Source: Phoronis australis
Taxonomy: Eukaryota > Animalia > Phoronida
Length of the DNA stretch: 64,000 nucleotides
NCBI GenBank assembly: GCA_002633005.1
Contig: NMRA01000111.1
Coordinates: 276,866-340,865, forward strand
Reading direction: 5' to 3'
Every line of letters starts with the position of its first letter. Position 1 is the first letter of the stretch. This document shows positions 1 to 13,514 of this stretch, in pieces. The position numbers and the translations under genes are program-made. Below the pieces are notes generated by a model. That model was not told the DNA's origin, searched no databases, and worked only from the letters and a program-made list of their open reading frames with translations.

Positions 1-2148
1 AAGTGTTTGTCGGTGACAGGGACGGAAGGAGAAAGGTAGAGTATTAGCCAGGATTTTGTTCGTCAGACATTCGCACCCCCGAATTGCCAGGGGGGAGGCA
101 TGGATGGCCCCCTTGGCCACCCTCTAAATCCGCCACTGGGTGAAAGGAAGGTATAAGCAACCTAATAAATGTAATTCAATTGTTTTTTTGGGCAATGATT
201 CGTATTTTCATGTCTTGCAAAGAAGCCGGCGGACACAAACATCATCCCTTTTTGAATAATACTTCTTGGTATATTATATAATAAAGAAGCCCGGAACATT
301 TACTGGCGCTTCACAATCGTTGTATTGTTGTAGATACAGAGGACAAAGAGCACGATAAAAAACGACAAGTGCTGACCTATGGTTGACCCGACAAAGGGTA
401 TTTCTCGGTAATACAGTGCATGCTATTTGTTTGCTCAGTGGAGCCCTACAAAACGCGTTCCCAGAATAAACCCGATTTCTGCACCCATGGTATACGTACC
501 GGAAAAAAACAAGGAAATAATGAATTACGTGAAAACGGCATATTTTTGGGTCCGGCATGCCATTCATTTCTTACAGTGATGACGTTTTTAAGACCAACAT
601 AAACATGCTGTATGTTGTGTCAGAAAAAGTCCGTTGTCATAAACGTCCAAATGATTCACTTGGTTATTTATGCTGGTTCTGAGGAACTCGGCACTTGACG
701 AAATACGTATGCCGAGTTAGCTAGTACACTACGACCTTTCAGTAGGATGTCAATCACACATTTGACATAAACAATTACATTGTTCTTTTGGAGCAGATTT
801 GGTTATAAAATATACGCGATAGCAAATAAAACGGGCAAAATTCGAACACTCGTGTAAGAAAGTAAACATCGAGTTGAAGCACCAAAATGTGCTCTTCTCA
901 AAGATGCAATGCGTGTAGTGACCATGATAACTTTATAAATTTACAGATGCTAATTGAATAACATGTCCTTGATGTTTCGCTCACTGTGGCGATGGTTAAA
1001 TGTCACATTTGATTCGTGATTCATGGGGAGGGTCTGTCCATCGGTCGGCCAACAGACGATGAACTTTTATGAAGAACATATCAGGGGTACATTTAAGAAA
1101 TTCTTTTGGTATGTCGTACATTGATTGTTTACCATTCAAGGCTTTTTGAAAAATGTAGAGCCCAGGAACCCACCCTTATCGGCCGCTCTTCAGTGACTAA
1201 TTAGACCTAGCGGGGCACCAGAAAAGTCGCGCAATCCATAAAGTGAGAACCTCACGAAAACGCAAGGTCTCGTAAGAGTTCGCGATATATCGCCACTGAC
1301 CGCGTGATCACGGTAGCTTTATTCACGAGATTTTTACGCTTACGGAACCTCAGTGACCCAGATACCTGCTTAAGAGACCCGTGTATTCCTATGCCTCTGA
1401 TTTTGCAAAAACAATCAAGCATGTTACCAGAAATCTAAGACTGCGTTTTTATCTTCTGTGACTCATCTGACATTTTACTAACTGGAATGCAGTACGTCAC
1501 CGTAGTTCTCTGTAATTTTCCGGTTATGTGCTTTAGATAACACCTGCCTCGTCAAGAACACACTCATTACCCATTTATCATATGCCACAGTTAACAATTC
1601 ATCCCATTGTGTGCCAATATCCGAATGACCTATTTTTTAATTGTTTTTACCTGACCTTTCAACCACATTCAGCTACTACTCCCTCCCTTTAGCGGTTAAA
1701 GCGGAACAACAAACCTTTGTTTAGTAGTTTACTATTCCTGTCAAAATATTGAATTTCCACTGTTCATTTTCAAACGTTGTTCATTTCAGTGCAATACAAT
1801 GTCAACCACCTGATGAACAACGTCTTAGAAAATCACTGAGAAAGCGAAAAGGAATGGACGATGAAGAAAGAAACAAAACCCGATCATAAACATACACAAA
1901 AACGACAGACATCCCTGCAATGGTGGCTGACCACAGAAACGAAGAACGGCTATAAAGTTTTGTGTTTTAGTTCTCTAAAAAATACCCTGTCCATGGGCTG
2001 AGCGCAAAAAACAAGAATGCAAATGCATGGATATTTACGCGGTCCGGTGCAGTGCCATCTTTGAAAACATCATTTTGTTGTTCTTGGCAGCAGTACAAAC
2101 TTTTCAACAGTTTAAAAAAATCTATAGTTTTGTTTGTAATTTCCTGGA

Positions 2149-2311
2149 GGAGGCAGTGTGGCCTGGTTGATAAGTGCCCGCTTTCTTTACTCGAGATCGT
2201 GGGTTCGAATAAAGCATAAAGATATTTAAAGGTGATCAGTGCAATGGGCCCACATGCGAGGCCTGCGCACGTCTGATACAATGTGTATCAGACCGCCTGC
2301 AATTATTTTTT
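2149..2311 (+). mobile_element. tRNA-derived SINE, internally deleted copy
   Basis: GGAGGCAGTGTGG head with A-box-like and B-box (GGTTCGA) motifs and tail CAGACCGCCTGCAATTATT; similar to 39451-39691. Confidence 0.7.
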
Positions 2312-4447
2312 ATTTGTAATTTCCCCGTTCGAGGAGTTGTATTAGTGAGAAATTAGGATAGCAACCCTTTCAGAGAGCTAGCACGATACCCTTGTTGGGA
2401 GCTTACAAAAAGGAGAAAGTCAAAACAAAAAACTTTAAAAGGATAACTATTAAACGGTAGTTTATATATAAATAAATAAATTCCAAGCCTTTCTTCAGTT
2501 AAAAAGAACCCTTTTGTAAAGTTCCAAGGCCGTAAAGTGTACCAATTAAAGGAAACTGTTTTAGAAAAAACAATCCATGTGATTGACACATCCTGTGTAC
2601 GAGGCTATTTCCGCAACAAATGCTCCACGATAACTCCCCATCCCCTCCTACGAATTTTTCAATTTTCCACAAGTATACATATGAAGACACAATTTACGGA
2701 AATGTTTAAATTTTACCAGCGTACACGAAATGAAAAATATGGCTCCTGTCTTCCAACTATTTTCTAGAGCTGCCCGCCCCAACCCCCCGCACTAGTACCT
2801 TTCCACAGACCAGACACGCATTGTCAGAATATTTCCAGAAATCCATTCCCAGGGTTTCACCAGTCACAACAAAGAAATGCTAAATGACTTTGGCTAATGA
2901 ACAGAACCGGCTGTTAGCAGTATAGTAGCAAGGGAGGACACATGCTATTGCTGAGACTAGAGAAATAACTTCCGACCGAGTACAAGCGAGTGTGGCGAAA
3001 AGATTGCCCAGGGAATTCTGGCATGGATTTGATTTATTTACACAAACGCATTTGTGTGTCCTTAAGTTCCTTTTGCTTTAAATCAGTGATTTAATTTCCT
3101 AGCAAACTGATGAGGCCAATTTTTGCATTTGTAAGGACTTCGACAAGTATTTGAAGACAATTTAGTCACGACGAAAATAAGGCATGGAATTACTCGAACG
3201 AATTCTGAAGGAACAATTTCAATGATACACAAACAGACAAACACCCAAAGGCAATCAGTCAGTTTAGTCATGTCGATGAAAGACAATTTGTGAGAACAAG
3301 CTAGGTGTACGAGCAAAACCAGAAGTTTTGTTTAACGTGTCATGCTTTTCAACTGAGCATGCGCGGCAATCAATAACTTAGTTGGAAGTGTGCCGCTGTT
3401 TTAAATACACCAGAAATCGTATAATTAGTTTCCTCACCACGAAACTACTTAGCAAAATATTAAGTACGATTGACGCGTTTAAGCTAATTAACAAACGGAA
3501 AAGTAATAATAATTTTCGTGACTTGCCAATTGCGGTGCTTAACAACTGCGTAGATTAATAGGCCGCGTGCCGACTTGTTCGTAAACAAATCTGAAGGAAT
3601 TGTATTTTTGTTGTTCAAACGGAGTGCAATAACACCGTTCAATGCTTTCAATCGCCACACATTCTATGATCGGAAAGAAAGGCAGGGAGTCTCTTTCATA
3701 TAATGGGTAGGAAAATGTCGAATTGTCATATCAATGCAATACCTGGAAAATGGGCCCCCCAAAAAAGAATTTGATGAAAGAGACCAACTCGAGATAATGT
3801 CAAAACGTACATGGGATACCTTTCGCCTCTATTAAAACCCTCGTCGCTTGATCAGCGTCATCGGCACCTATACTAAGGCGATACCAAGGCGATATCAAAA
3901 AGGCAAAATACGAGATGATACCAGAGAGAGCAAGATACCCATCCCAGTTCATGTCCCGTCCCGCCTACCTCTCTGAACAGTACAACCCCCCACGACAAGT
4001 AGGGCCTACATTCCTTTGATCCCGGCAAATCTCATCGTCGGGAATTCAACGAAAATTGTTTATGAATGTACCACTCAAAGAGTAAAGGAGTTTGAACTGA
4101 TAACAACATTCGTGTGCGGTGCAATCAGCAAAACAAGCAACGCGTGGTTTCAAGTGCTAGAGTGGGCTTATGCCATTCATCATATTTCATGCTGCGAACT
4201 AAAAACGTACTCCAGCCATGTGACCTCACACAAGTCTACCCGATGACCTCGGATGCCGACATCACATTTTAACAAGATTTGTTTTTTTGCCTTTTTCAAT
4301 GCGATTGTTTTGTTAGTTTGATTCTTGGGTTGATCCTTTTCTGCACAGCCCCCAGGGCGCAACCTTCTATGTTGTTTGCGCTAAGACTATTCAGCCGCGC
4401 AAAACACGATAGCTGCTGGGTCATGTACGAATATCCACGCATACGGC

Positions 4448-4606
4448 ATGACGTCATGAGCACTACCTTATAAGGGATATCGACACGAAATAAATGACCC
4501 AGGAAGCCAAACACAGTCATCGATCGGAAGTACAATAACGCTATTGTCCCGGGTTACAATACGTAAAGACGCTTACGTATTGCAGAGATCCAACAGTATA
4601 TAAAAG
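4448..4606 (+). promoter_or_regulatory. Proximal promoter of the MMP gene (CRE/ATF palindrome, two ETS cores, TATA box)
   Basis: ATGACGTCAT at 4448-4457, CAGGAAG at 4500-4506, CGGAAGT at 4525-4531, TATATAAAAG at 4597-4606, about 120 bp upstream of the ATG at 4725. Confidence 0.6.
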
Positions 4607-4724
4607 CGCGACCATTGAATGTCACACTCAAAATTTGGCTATTCGGTCGGAGATTACGAGTGCATTAGTATTTATATATTAATTTATGTATTTATTTATT
4701 TGGCAGAAGGATTTTACATTCACG

Positions 4725-7700
4725 ATGAGTAGATACGTTTTAGGCATGCTATGTTATTTTGCATTTATCAACGCGTCGCCACTGTCCAGGTTTCCGGACA
4801 CGAGCATAGAAACTGCAAACCCGTATAGAGCAATGGTGAGTTTAGTTTACATTTAATTAACAGTCGCCATATAGGTGTGTGAGACAAACGAAGGAAATTT
4901 GCTGCATTAATCTTTGCTTTCTCAGTGTTAAAAGTTTTGATTTAAGCCACTTGCGACAGTTATAAAACTGGTTTCATCTTGTCCCTTATCTTATGAGCTT
5001 AGAAGCGATCTCAGTGACCTGTTTCTACAAAAGTCTACTGGCTTTCCGTCTTTAACAAAAAGTCTAACATCTAACCACAAATAACAAACGTTGAGTTTTC
5101 GTCTTTTGGCTTTGTCTTTTAGCTTGCTCCGGAGCAGGCTATTGTTCTATGTCTTCGCATCGAGTTGTACTGTGACAGATTTCCTAAAAGTTTAACCTTA
5201 GCCTGATTTCGTGAAATATTATAAGCCATCCGTAAACTGATTTTTAGCCAAAGGTCAGAAGACAAAAGACTACGAGAAACAGATCCCCGGGTATTTCATC
5301 GTGGAACACGCTTTTAGCATTTCACGGCGTGATCTGTCTGATGAGCTTAGTCTGTACAAATAGCCTAATGATCTGCCAGTTCTTTCCGCAAAGCCCTGAA
5401 ACCGCTTCCAAATTGACTAAGGATAAATTTGAATTCAGTTTCACAACGATAAAGTGGTCGAAATCAAAAGTTGGTTTTTGTAATGGAATGCAACCGGTTT
5501 AAAGCACAATTAAGTGCTCCCTGGTGTTGTTCAACTCCTCATTTCTATTTTGGTTCAAAGACAAAAGTTTATAAATAAAAGTCCCATAACATGAAATGCG
5601 GTGTTGGATACATGATAATTTAACCACAATTGTTTCAAAAATGCTTTATGATTATGATACTTGGTAAAAGAAAAGTCGTGATTCTAATTCCATTCCAAAA
5701 TTATAATTTACAAATCAGTACCAATGGCTATAACTCTACCATTCCAGGATTACCTAATGCGGTTCGGATACATGAAGCGACCGTCGCTACACGAACCTCC
5801 GTCCCAACAAAACATGGATTCAGCGTTAAAACAATTTCAGAAGATGGCTAACCTACCGGAAACAGGTATGATGGAAGTTGTGAGACCCAACACCTTCAAA
5901 ACTTAAACGAATCATTAACGCGTATTTTCATAATATAGTTAACAGCAAAAACAAAAAACTCTTAACATGTACAGCCAGCCGCAATATTGTCGAACACTCC
6001 GCATAGCTTCACTATTCAACCGTAGTAGGCCATCTTGATTTCCTGATTTCGTGATATTTTCTGCCATCACATGCAGCTTTAAAGCGAATAATTCTTAAAT
6101 GAATCATCCTGTTATTAAATCTCAGGCGCAGTTCTTCTCTCCTACAGAAAAACGTGACTGTGTGTATCTAATAATAGCGCACACAGTCGTAGCCCTACGA
6201 CAGAGCAAGAGAACGTACGTCGCAACCCTCGTGAATTCACCACAAGAATTTGCAAGCATGGCAGTGGTTCAATTTACTTTTTGCAAAAGGTTGTGGGAAC
6301 GCAACAAATATCCAAGACCTTGTGTGTTTTCTACATCACCTGTGGTGCTAATCAAATCGTTGCCGTGACCGCGGCGAAAACGTTTCGTGTGACAAAAGTC
6401 CAAAGCGCACAACACTCACCAGTCATGACCAGGATTCAAAAACAAACTAAGGGCAATAAAAACTACGCACCTGCTGTCAGAAGACTGTTGATTTAAAGCA
6501 TTTGTCATTATAAAACCAGTATCGCCTGTTCATTGTTCAGATTAGACAAGATTTCTAGCCAGGCTTTAGAAGAACTGACAGTTTTTCATTGCTTCTGACC
6601 AGGCTCATGAAATTTGCTTGTGAGGGCAGCAGGTTATTTTAGCCACCGGAGGAGTATAATGAACGTCAGCGGATTTCCTGGCGTTTTATTGCAACCAATT
6701 TCAATTTTAGCAAAAGATAAGATAACTATAAGTTTTTGAAGAAAGTTTTTTTTTGACACTAGAATGGTTGTTGCAAAATGGCCTCTTCTGTGAAGGGGCA
6801 TATTTTTTGGGAAGATGCGGGTGTTGGGGTACGAAATCTACCAATGGTTGTCGGCTTAGATGGAAAAAACAAAGTAGGACAGGGAAAGAAAAAGTTGGAA
6901 AAGAGCGTCTCCAAACTTTAAACTCATCTATTTCCCCGGCACTCCATTGTATTGGCTTTTAAAGTGATTTTGGGCAAACACAGTGAAATAAATGTTGGGC
7001 AAATAAGGTTTGACACCATCCAGTTTCGTTTCTGCTTCTATGTTCCGACTGGAATGCAACGTATCAAATTTTTAATGAAGCCTGCGAACAGTTGTTCCGC
7101 AAAGTTCTGAACATTTACATTATTAAGTTACCAGTGCAGCCGTTATCGGATCAGAAAGAAGCTTCTCAAGTGATATCCAAAGGTTGACATTATTTTACTA
7201 GAGTTATAGTTAACGGAAATGCCAACGCTATCAAGACGCACTTTCTTTGTTTACTCGAATGAAGTTATGTCAAAACAGATTTACAGGTACAAAGGCTATT
7301 CGTAAGTGGCATTTCCTGTAACCAGTTAAACTTTGATATTCACTGTACTGTGTCAAAACAAAAAGGACACCTGGCTACAAACACGTTAACAGCTTCTACA
7401 TACCTAGTAGTATAACTAGCGCCACCACAAGAGACTACTAAGGCAATGAGACTCACTTCAATAATATCACGTTTTCCTATAATATACCAAAATCATCAAC
7501 CGAAGTGACAAAGTATACATCTACGTTTTGTTTATAGTAATTTATTTTTTCTTCTCAAATTTCAGGAAAGCTGGATGCCGCTACCTTAAAAATGATGAAC
7601 AGTCCACGCTGTGGTGTGGCCGATACCGACCCACCCAAGAGCAACGACCCGAATGCACCAGCAAATTTTGCTTTACAAGGTAAACAGCAGTTAAGAATTC

Positions 7701-10700
7701 AAATAACATATCAAATGGCATTGCTGGAATGGGAGAAAAGGTGTCAAATACTACGGCACACTCATAAAAGTAAAACAACAAATTAGTTGTGTAAGCCTTG
7801 TACATTATAGGTACTAAATGGAACCACAAGGACTTGACCTACAGAATAAACTCCTACACCCGAGACCTCTCTAAACAAGAAGTGGATGACACAATCGCTG
7901 AAGCATTCAAGGTATGACAGCGCCATGAATATATACACAGTTTAATCTAAGGCAGCTATGTTACAGAAAGATATAAACAGCAACATCTTTCGAAAATGTG
8001 TGCACGTCTTATATTAAAGCATATTCTTCGTCTGGACATTTATAACGCTAGAAATTTGAATACGTTAAAAGTTTATGAAATATGAATTGACTAATATGAT
8101 AAATTTTCACTGCTTCAAACAGTTTTGGGCTGACAAGACCCCATTGACATTCACAAGAAAAAATTCCGGAAAAGTGGATATAGAGATTTTATTCGTCTAC
8201 GGAGACCACGGAGATGGGTATCCTTTCGACGCTCAGTGGGGCGTACTAGCCCACGCCTTCTTTCCTATGACCAACTCCGCCCCCATTGCAGGTGACACCC
8301 ACTTCGATGACTCGGAACTATGGACGCTTCGGTCGCCTAAAGGTACAAATGGTGGACTGTAATTTTAAGGCTCTCTGCGCCACAATCAATCGGTACTACA
8401 AAACTGTCATTCGCAAAAACATCGATATTCCTTCTTATCTCGGCTCGTTCTCTTAATTTACAGTGATGCATCCAGGCATTGTATGCCGTGGTGGCCTATG
8501 CGGCAAGCAGCTAGTCGCCTGCACAAACTTGATCAGCTCTAATCATGACTGACGCGATCTGCACTTGATAGTCTTCATTATCTGGTGATTTGTACTTTGG
8601 TGGATAGTCGCCAAATTTGATTTTGTTTTCGAATTCACAGTGTTGTTGATTATACATTTCATCCCAAACGAAATACTTTTTATTTCCAGGTGCTAATTTG
8701 CTTCAAGTTGCTGTTCACGAATTCGGTCACGCTTTAGGACTTCTTCATTCCAACGTGCAGGGATCCATCATGTGGCCTTTCGCAAAAGATTATGAACCAA
8801 ACCTTAAGCTTCATTACGACGACATTCGCGGTATTCAGACCTTGTACGGAGGTCCAGTCGTGAAGCCTTCCACAACTCAAACTCCGACAGTAACACCTTC
8901 TAGCGGAGGAAATATTGACCATTGTTCAACAAGTTTCGACGCCGTGACTGTTGCGGTCGACGATCAAACATACTTTTTTAAAGGTATGTATTAACTATTT
9001 AATAACTTAAGGAATACCTATTGGTCTATTAGCACCAAGCTTTAGCCTATTTACATTGACACGACGTTTCGCTTGGGCATTTCTCCAGCCATCTCCCACT
9101 CGTTCTTCGAATAGCGTTGTAACACCTGCCAGATGGCCAGAGAAATGATTGACCCGAAACGTCGTACCAATGTAAATTGGCCAATAGATTTTAAAACTGA
9201 TGTTACCACATCACCACCTAAAAGCGGTTGTAGGAAGACAAAAAAGATTAGATTGAAACATTTTGATGACTCCTTGATTAAAAAACATCACAATCAGAAA
9301 AACACGATAGTGTTGAAATAGTATGCCATAAACATTTAAGCCTGAGTCAGGCACATTTGTATTCTGAATGGAAAACATTGTTTTAACATTAAAAAGAGAC
9401 AACACTAATTTTGCTGCTGGTTTTGTGTTCCAGACAATAAGATATTTAGAGTTGGACGCTATGGTTTGGACAGAGGTTTCCCAATAGACATCAGTGACGT
9501 ATTTCCGGGTGCGCCGTCAAATATCAATGGAGCTCTTACCTACAAGGGGCGTTACTCCGAGGCTAAAACTTATTTGTTCAAGGTACGTATTAGCAGCATA
9601 TCGAAAACAAATTAGCACCAGGAACGCTAAAAAGATCAGGCAATTCAAGAACAAACTGCCTATTTCTGCGAGACACGAATCACGAATGACGGCTTGGTTG
9701 TTTTATAAGAATGTTCACTGTTTTAGGGGGAATCCTACTGGAGATATTCAGTTTCAAACCAAGGTCCACAAGCAGCAGCTTTCATGAAATTGGACAATGG
9801 CTACCCTAAGAAAATAAAGGATGGCTGGAAAGTGGACGTTAGGGATGTCGATGCAGTCTTTACTTTCGGTGAAGGCGACAACAAAGTGCCTTACTTCGTA
9901 AAAGGTAAACGTTTAACTGCACTGTAATAAATTAATATCCTATTTGCTTTCACAAAGTCGGTTGTGAACATCAATCCTGCTGCTTTGCTAACCGTGTCAA
10001 TAAGAAGTCTGGCAAAGAAAAAATACTGGGTAAGCTGAGCTGCCGAATACCACTTATACAGTAACGGATATTCTCTCCTTCCTGCCGTCACAGCAACGTC
10101 TGCCAGGGAAATGAACATTTCCGCCCTCCAGTTACCAGCAAGTGAAAAGCGTTTTGCCGTGCTTGGTTCACAGCCCCAAACTTTTCGTTATCAGAAACAC
10201 TAGTCTGAAGAAACAAATCCTTGCTCTAACTTAGCGGGCGTGCGTTCAGTAGCGTTAGGACCTACGCTAAGACCTAGCCGAAATCTAGCCAAAGTCACGT
10301 GATTTCATTTAGAATACACGGCAATATCTCCCGTAATCTCGCGAAGTCTTGCTTTTTAGCGAGGTCCTAGCGTTACTGAATCGGAGGCGGGTGTTTCACT
10401 TGTTCCTATTTAAAGCTGTATTTCCTTCTGTTTAGTTAGATCGAACGAAAATAGAATATTAAGACTTTTCACTCTCATAAAATCGGTTTACAATACTTCT
10501 TACCGTTAAAGGATTCTATTTCCGTTACCAACAAGAATATACAAGCCACCAAGAAAAGAGTTCAGTTTTTGTTAAGGTGGGGCAACCCTAAAATGCAAAT
10601 TCAAAAATGGTGCATGTAAGCATTGCATGAGCTGGTTACAGAAATGGAATCCTATTACACTAAGGAATACTATGAGACTGATTTTATGAGAGAAAAAGGT

Positions 10701-11346
10701 ATAATTTTCGTTTTTAGACAGCTGAACTAGACGAAATACAGCCTTAAAAGGTACATTTCCATCATATTGTAAATTTAAAACGCTAATTATAAACTAGGCT
10801 AACTAGCAACTGAAAAATATATTCCAAACCTGTTCATTCCACGATAACAAACGATTTTCAAAGTAATTCAGTGTACGGGAAAGTAAAAAACATTGTTAAA
10901 AAGCCACCAACGTCACAGAGACTGCAGGCGGTATCTCAGTTCATTTTTAATGGCAGATGAGTTGCTGTACCACAAAGATTGTGGCAGTTTTTGTTTTTAA
11001 ACAGTCAGCACAAAAGAAATGCCATTTTGAATTCAACTCATTTATTATATCGATACACGATGATGACACTGTGTTTCACTTTCTACAAACAGGTAACCAG
11101 TATTGGCGTCACACAGGAACCGGAAGAGGTGCTTTTCTAGGGTATCCTCGCCGCTTATCGACGCATTCAGTCTTTAGTAAAATACGAAGATCTAGTTTTG
11201 ACGCAGTCTTTCAATGGACCAACGGCAAGACGTATTTTTTCAAAGGCTCAAGATATGATAGAGTAGCGTACCAAACCTCCAAAGGTGAATATCATATTAC
11301 TGAAGGCAAAGACATTGGAGAACATTGGTTTCTTTGCCGGTCTTAG
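4725..11346 (+). CDS. Secreted matrix metalloproteinase (M10A: signal, prodomain, catalytic, hinge, hemopexin), 9 exons, 512 aa
   Basis: GT-AG exons with matching phases: 4725-4835, 5748-5865, 7566-7679, 7811-7911, 8123-8342, 8690-8983, 9434-9582, 9727-9904, 11093-11346 (1539 nt). Signal [17 protein letters not shown]; prodomain DYLMRFGY and [18 protein letters not shown]; cysteine switch PRCGVAD; [24 protein letters not shown]; zinc motif [12 protein letters not shown]; Met-turn SIMWP; Thr/Pro hinge; hemopexin repeats (TYFFKD, TYLFKG, PYFVKG, TYFFKG) closed by WFLC. Specific orthologue not assignable by eye. Confidence 0.96.
10236..10390. mobile_element. MITE (about 150 bp) in MMP intron 8
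   Basis: Imperfect TIRs TTCAGTAGCGTTAGGACCT / AGGTCCTAGCGTTACTGAA; second copy at 23884-24036. Confidence 0.7.
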
Positions 11347-12339
11347 ACATGATATTTTGCTTTCTTCTGTATATACAAAGTCTCTAACCTTATAAAACAT
11401 CTATGTTTCTCTGGGCAGGCCAAAAGTTATTCAAGAAGCAATTCGTAAATGCACGTTTTCAAAGAATGTTCATTGAGCGAGACACAACTGAACAGCTCGA
11501 TTGTTCTTGAAGTAGATAATTTATCGCATATACTGAGTGGTAAATTACTTGTTTAACGGGGACCTGTTGTGAACTTCACTGTGACATTTGCTGTCACTCG
11601 TGAGTGAAAGCCAATGAAATCACATTGCGACGTTTCGCAAAGACTGGCAAATTCTCGCCAAATTTGCTTGACATTAATTTTCAGAAAGTTGCTGGACCAG
11701 AGTCTGGCTACAAAAATTCAAATTGAACCGATTTTTGGTATGCTACACTTCGAAACGAATCATCATCTTTGATCAGTATACAAAAAGCCCTCAAAGCCCC
11801 ATGTCCTTAGATTCTCTCACAATAATCGCGGACCAGATTTTTCTGGGAACCCAATTATTTTTCGCGATTATTCTTATAGAATGCATGCACAAACGGCTTT
11901 GATTTTTTTGTGACCTGGCCAAGGATCACCTATCGTGAGTCTTTTTTACGAAACTCGGATCCAGCAGCTTTACGATGTTTTTTTATTTCTGATAGCGTAA
12001 TTAGAATAGTCAAACTAGAAAGTATGGGTAAAAGTTCGAGCACTGCAATGCAATGACTGGTTCACTTTTCCACTAAAGGTAGTTCTGAGCACGTTGAAAC
12101 CGTTGAAATATGCCAATTCGCTCAAAATACACCTAGTTTGCCAAACCGTCCATGACTCTTTTGCTAGTCGCCAGTTGACGAAGAGAAAGGGAGAAATAGT
12201 CAAACTATTTATAGTTGTGCAGTGGTAACTGAAAGGGCGGACCTTTAGATCTAGATTTTTTAAATTTGTCTATATGTACATAATGATAAGACTTTTGAAT
12301 TGTTATAAATGCGTTTTATTTTCTTAATATTATGTTCAC

Positions 12340-12345
12340 AATAAA
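12340..12345 (+). terminator. Candidate polyadenylation signal of the MMP mRNA
   Basis: AATAAA followed by T/GT-rich sequence about 1 kb after the stop codon. Confidence 0.4.
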
Positions 12346-13458
12346 TTATTTGTTGTTAAAGTTATTTTGTGTTCTAGAGCGCACACAACTAACTCACTTC
12401 AAATACGTTAATGAAAAACTGGTGCAGCGCTCATCTATGCAGACCATTAGTAGGTCGTTGAGATGAATATCATGCTATTCGAATAGCACAACTGCATGTC
12501 ACAACAAAACACTTTCAAAACATTCTAATAATTTAACTCTTCATTAAACGCATTGTAATTAAAATGCCGTCTTATTTTCGATATCACAAGTAGCCAGTAG
12601 GCAAGGCAAGCAGGACAGTTAGCGACAATACTCCTGGTATACTTACATTAACGAAGTTGTTGGGGGAGAGCAACTACAATTTTCGAAGCAAAATGTTCAC
12701 GTAAGCTTTAAAAACAGCACGCTGACGGCGTTTCTTAGTCGTATCTGTAAGGGGGGGGGGGGCTGCTCCCCTTAAATCCGCCATTGTCGGAGGATGTATA
12801 TACCAAATGCTTAGTGAATGTCACCCTTTAAAGTTCTATTTATTAGAAGAGAACAATTCATTCGTTATGTTGTACCTGGCTTTATTATTATGGATACTGT
12901 TACATACATTTTCAAATAACCACGCCATTGTCTCTTGTCTGTAACGTTACGGTTCTAACTTCACTTGTGTGTCGCTCAGCTTCTAAAAACCAACAATGAG
13001 CTTCATTCTGTACAGAAATTGTGTACTTTTCTGCTTTATGTTGCCTTCAGTTCATGAGTGCTACCGCTGATTTCGAGGCTCACAGATGAGACAAACATGT
13101 GCATAACCGTGTGATAATGAACTTTCAAGAGATTAGTGTAATATGAAGCGGTTGTTCGACCTCTAAATTTTACATCAGGACTTATTCTACATCGCGCAGG
13201 TGCACACAAATCCATTTAGGTACAGTTTGCAACAAGTGCTCAATCGTCTGGAATGTCCTGAGCACGAAACAAAACTATTGTGAAACATTTGCAAAGTCAC
13301 AGAGAGTCAAATAACCAGGCTGACTGTTTTAAATTGTAATTGAAAACCATTAACAACAAGTATAAGTACATTTCCCACCCACACGTTTGTTGCCTGCTTT
13401 ACATACAACTCTCGCAAATACACAAAAGATTCCCACCGATCATCTGCATAAAACAGAT

Positions 13459-13514
13459 TGTTGCCTAGTTGCTATCCAACTCACGCTGTTGCCTAGTTGC
13501 TATCCAACTCACGC
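13459..13514. repeat. Exact 28-bp tandem duplication
   Basis: TGTTGCCTAGTTGCTATCCAACTCACGC x2. Confidence 0.9.

Noticed and set aside
1810-1835. Hammerhead core CTGATGA...GAAA (another CTGATGA near 5338)
   Set aside because: No pairing stem II or flanking helices.
274-4400. Short ORFs in the first 4.4 kb
   Set aside because: No recognisable domains or consistent exon structure; treated as intergenic and repeat-derived sequence.
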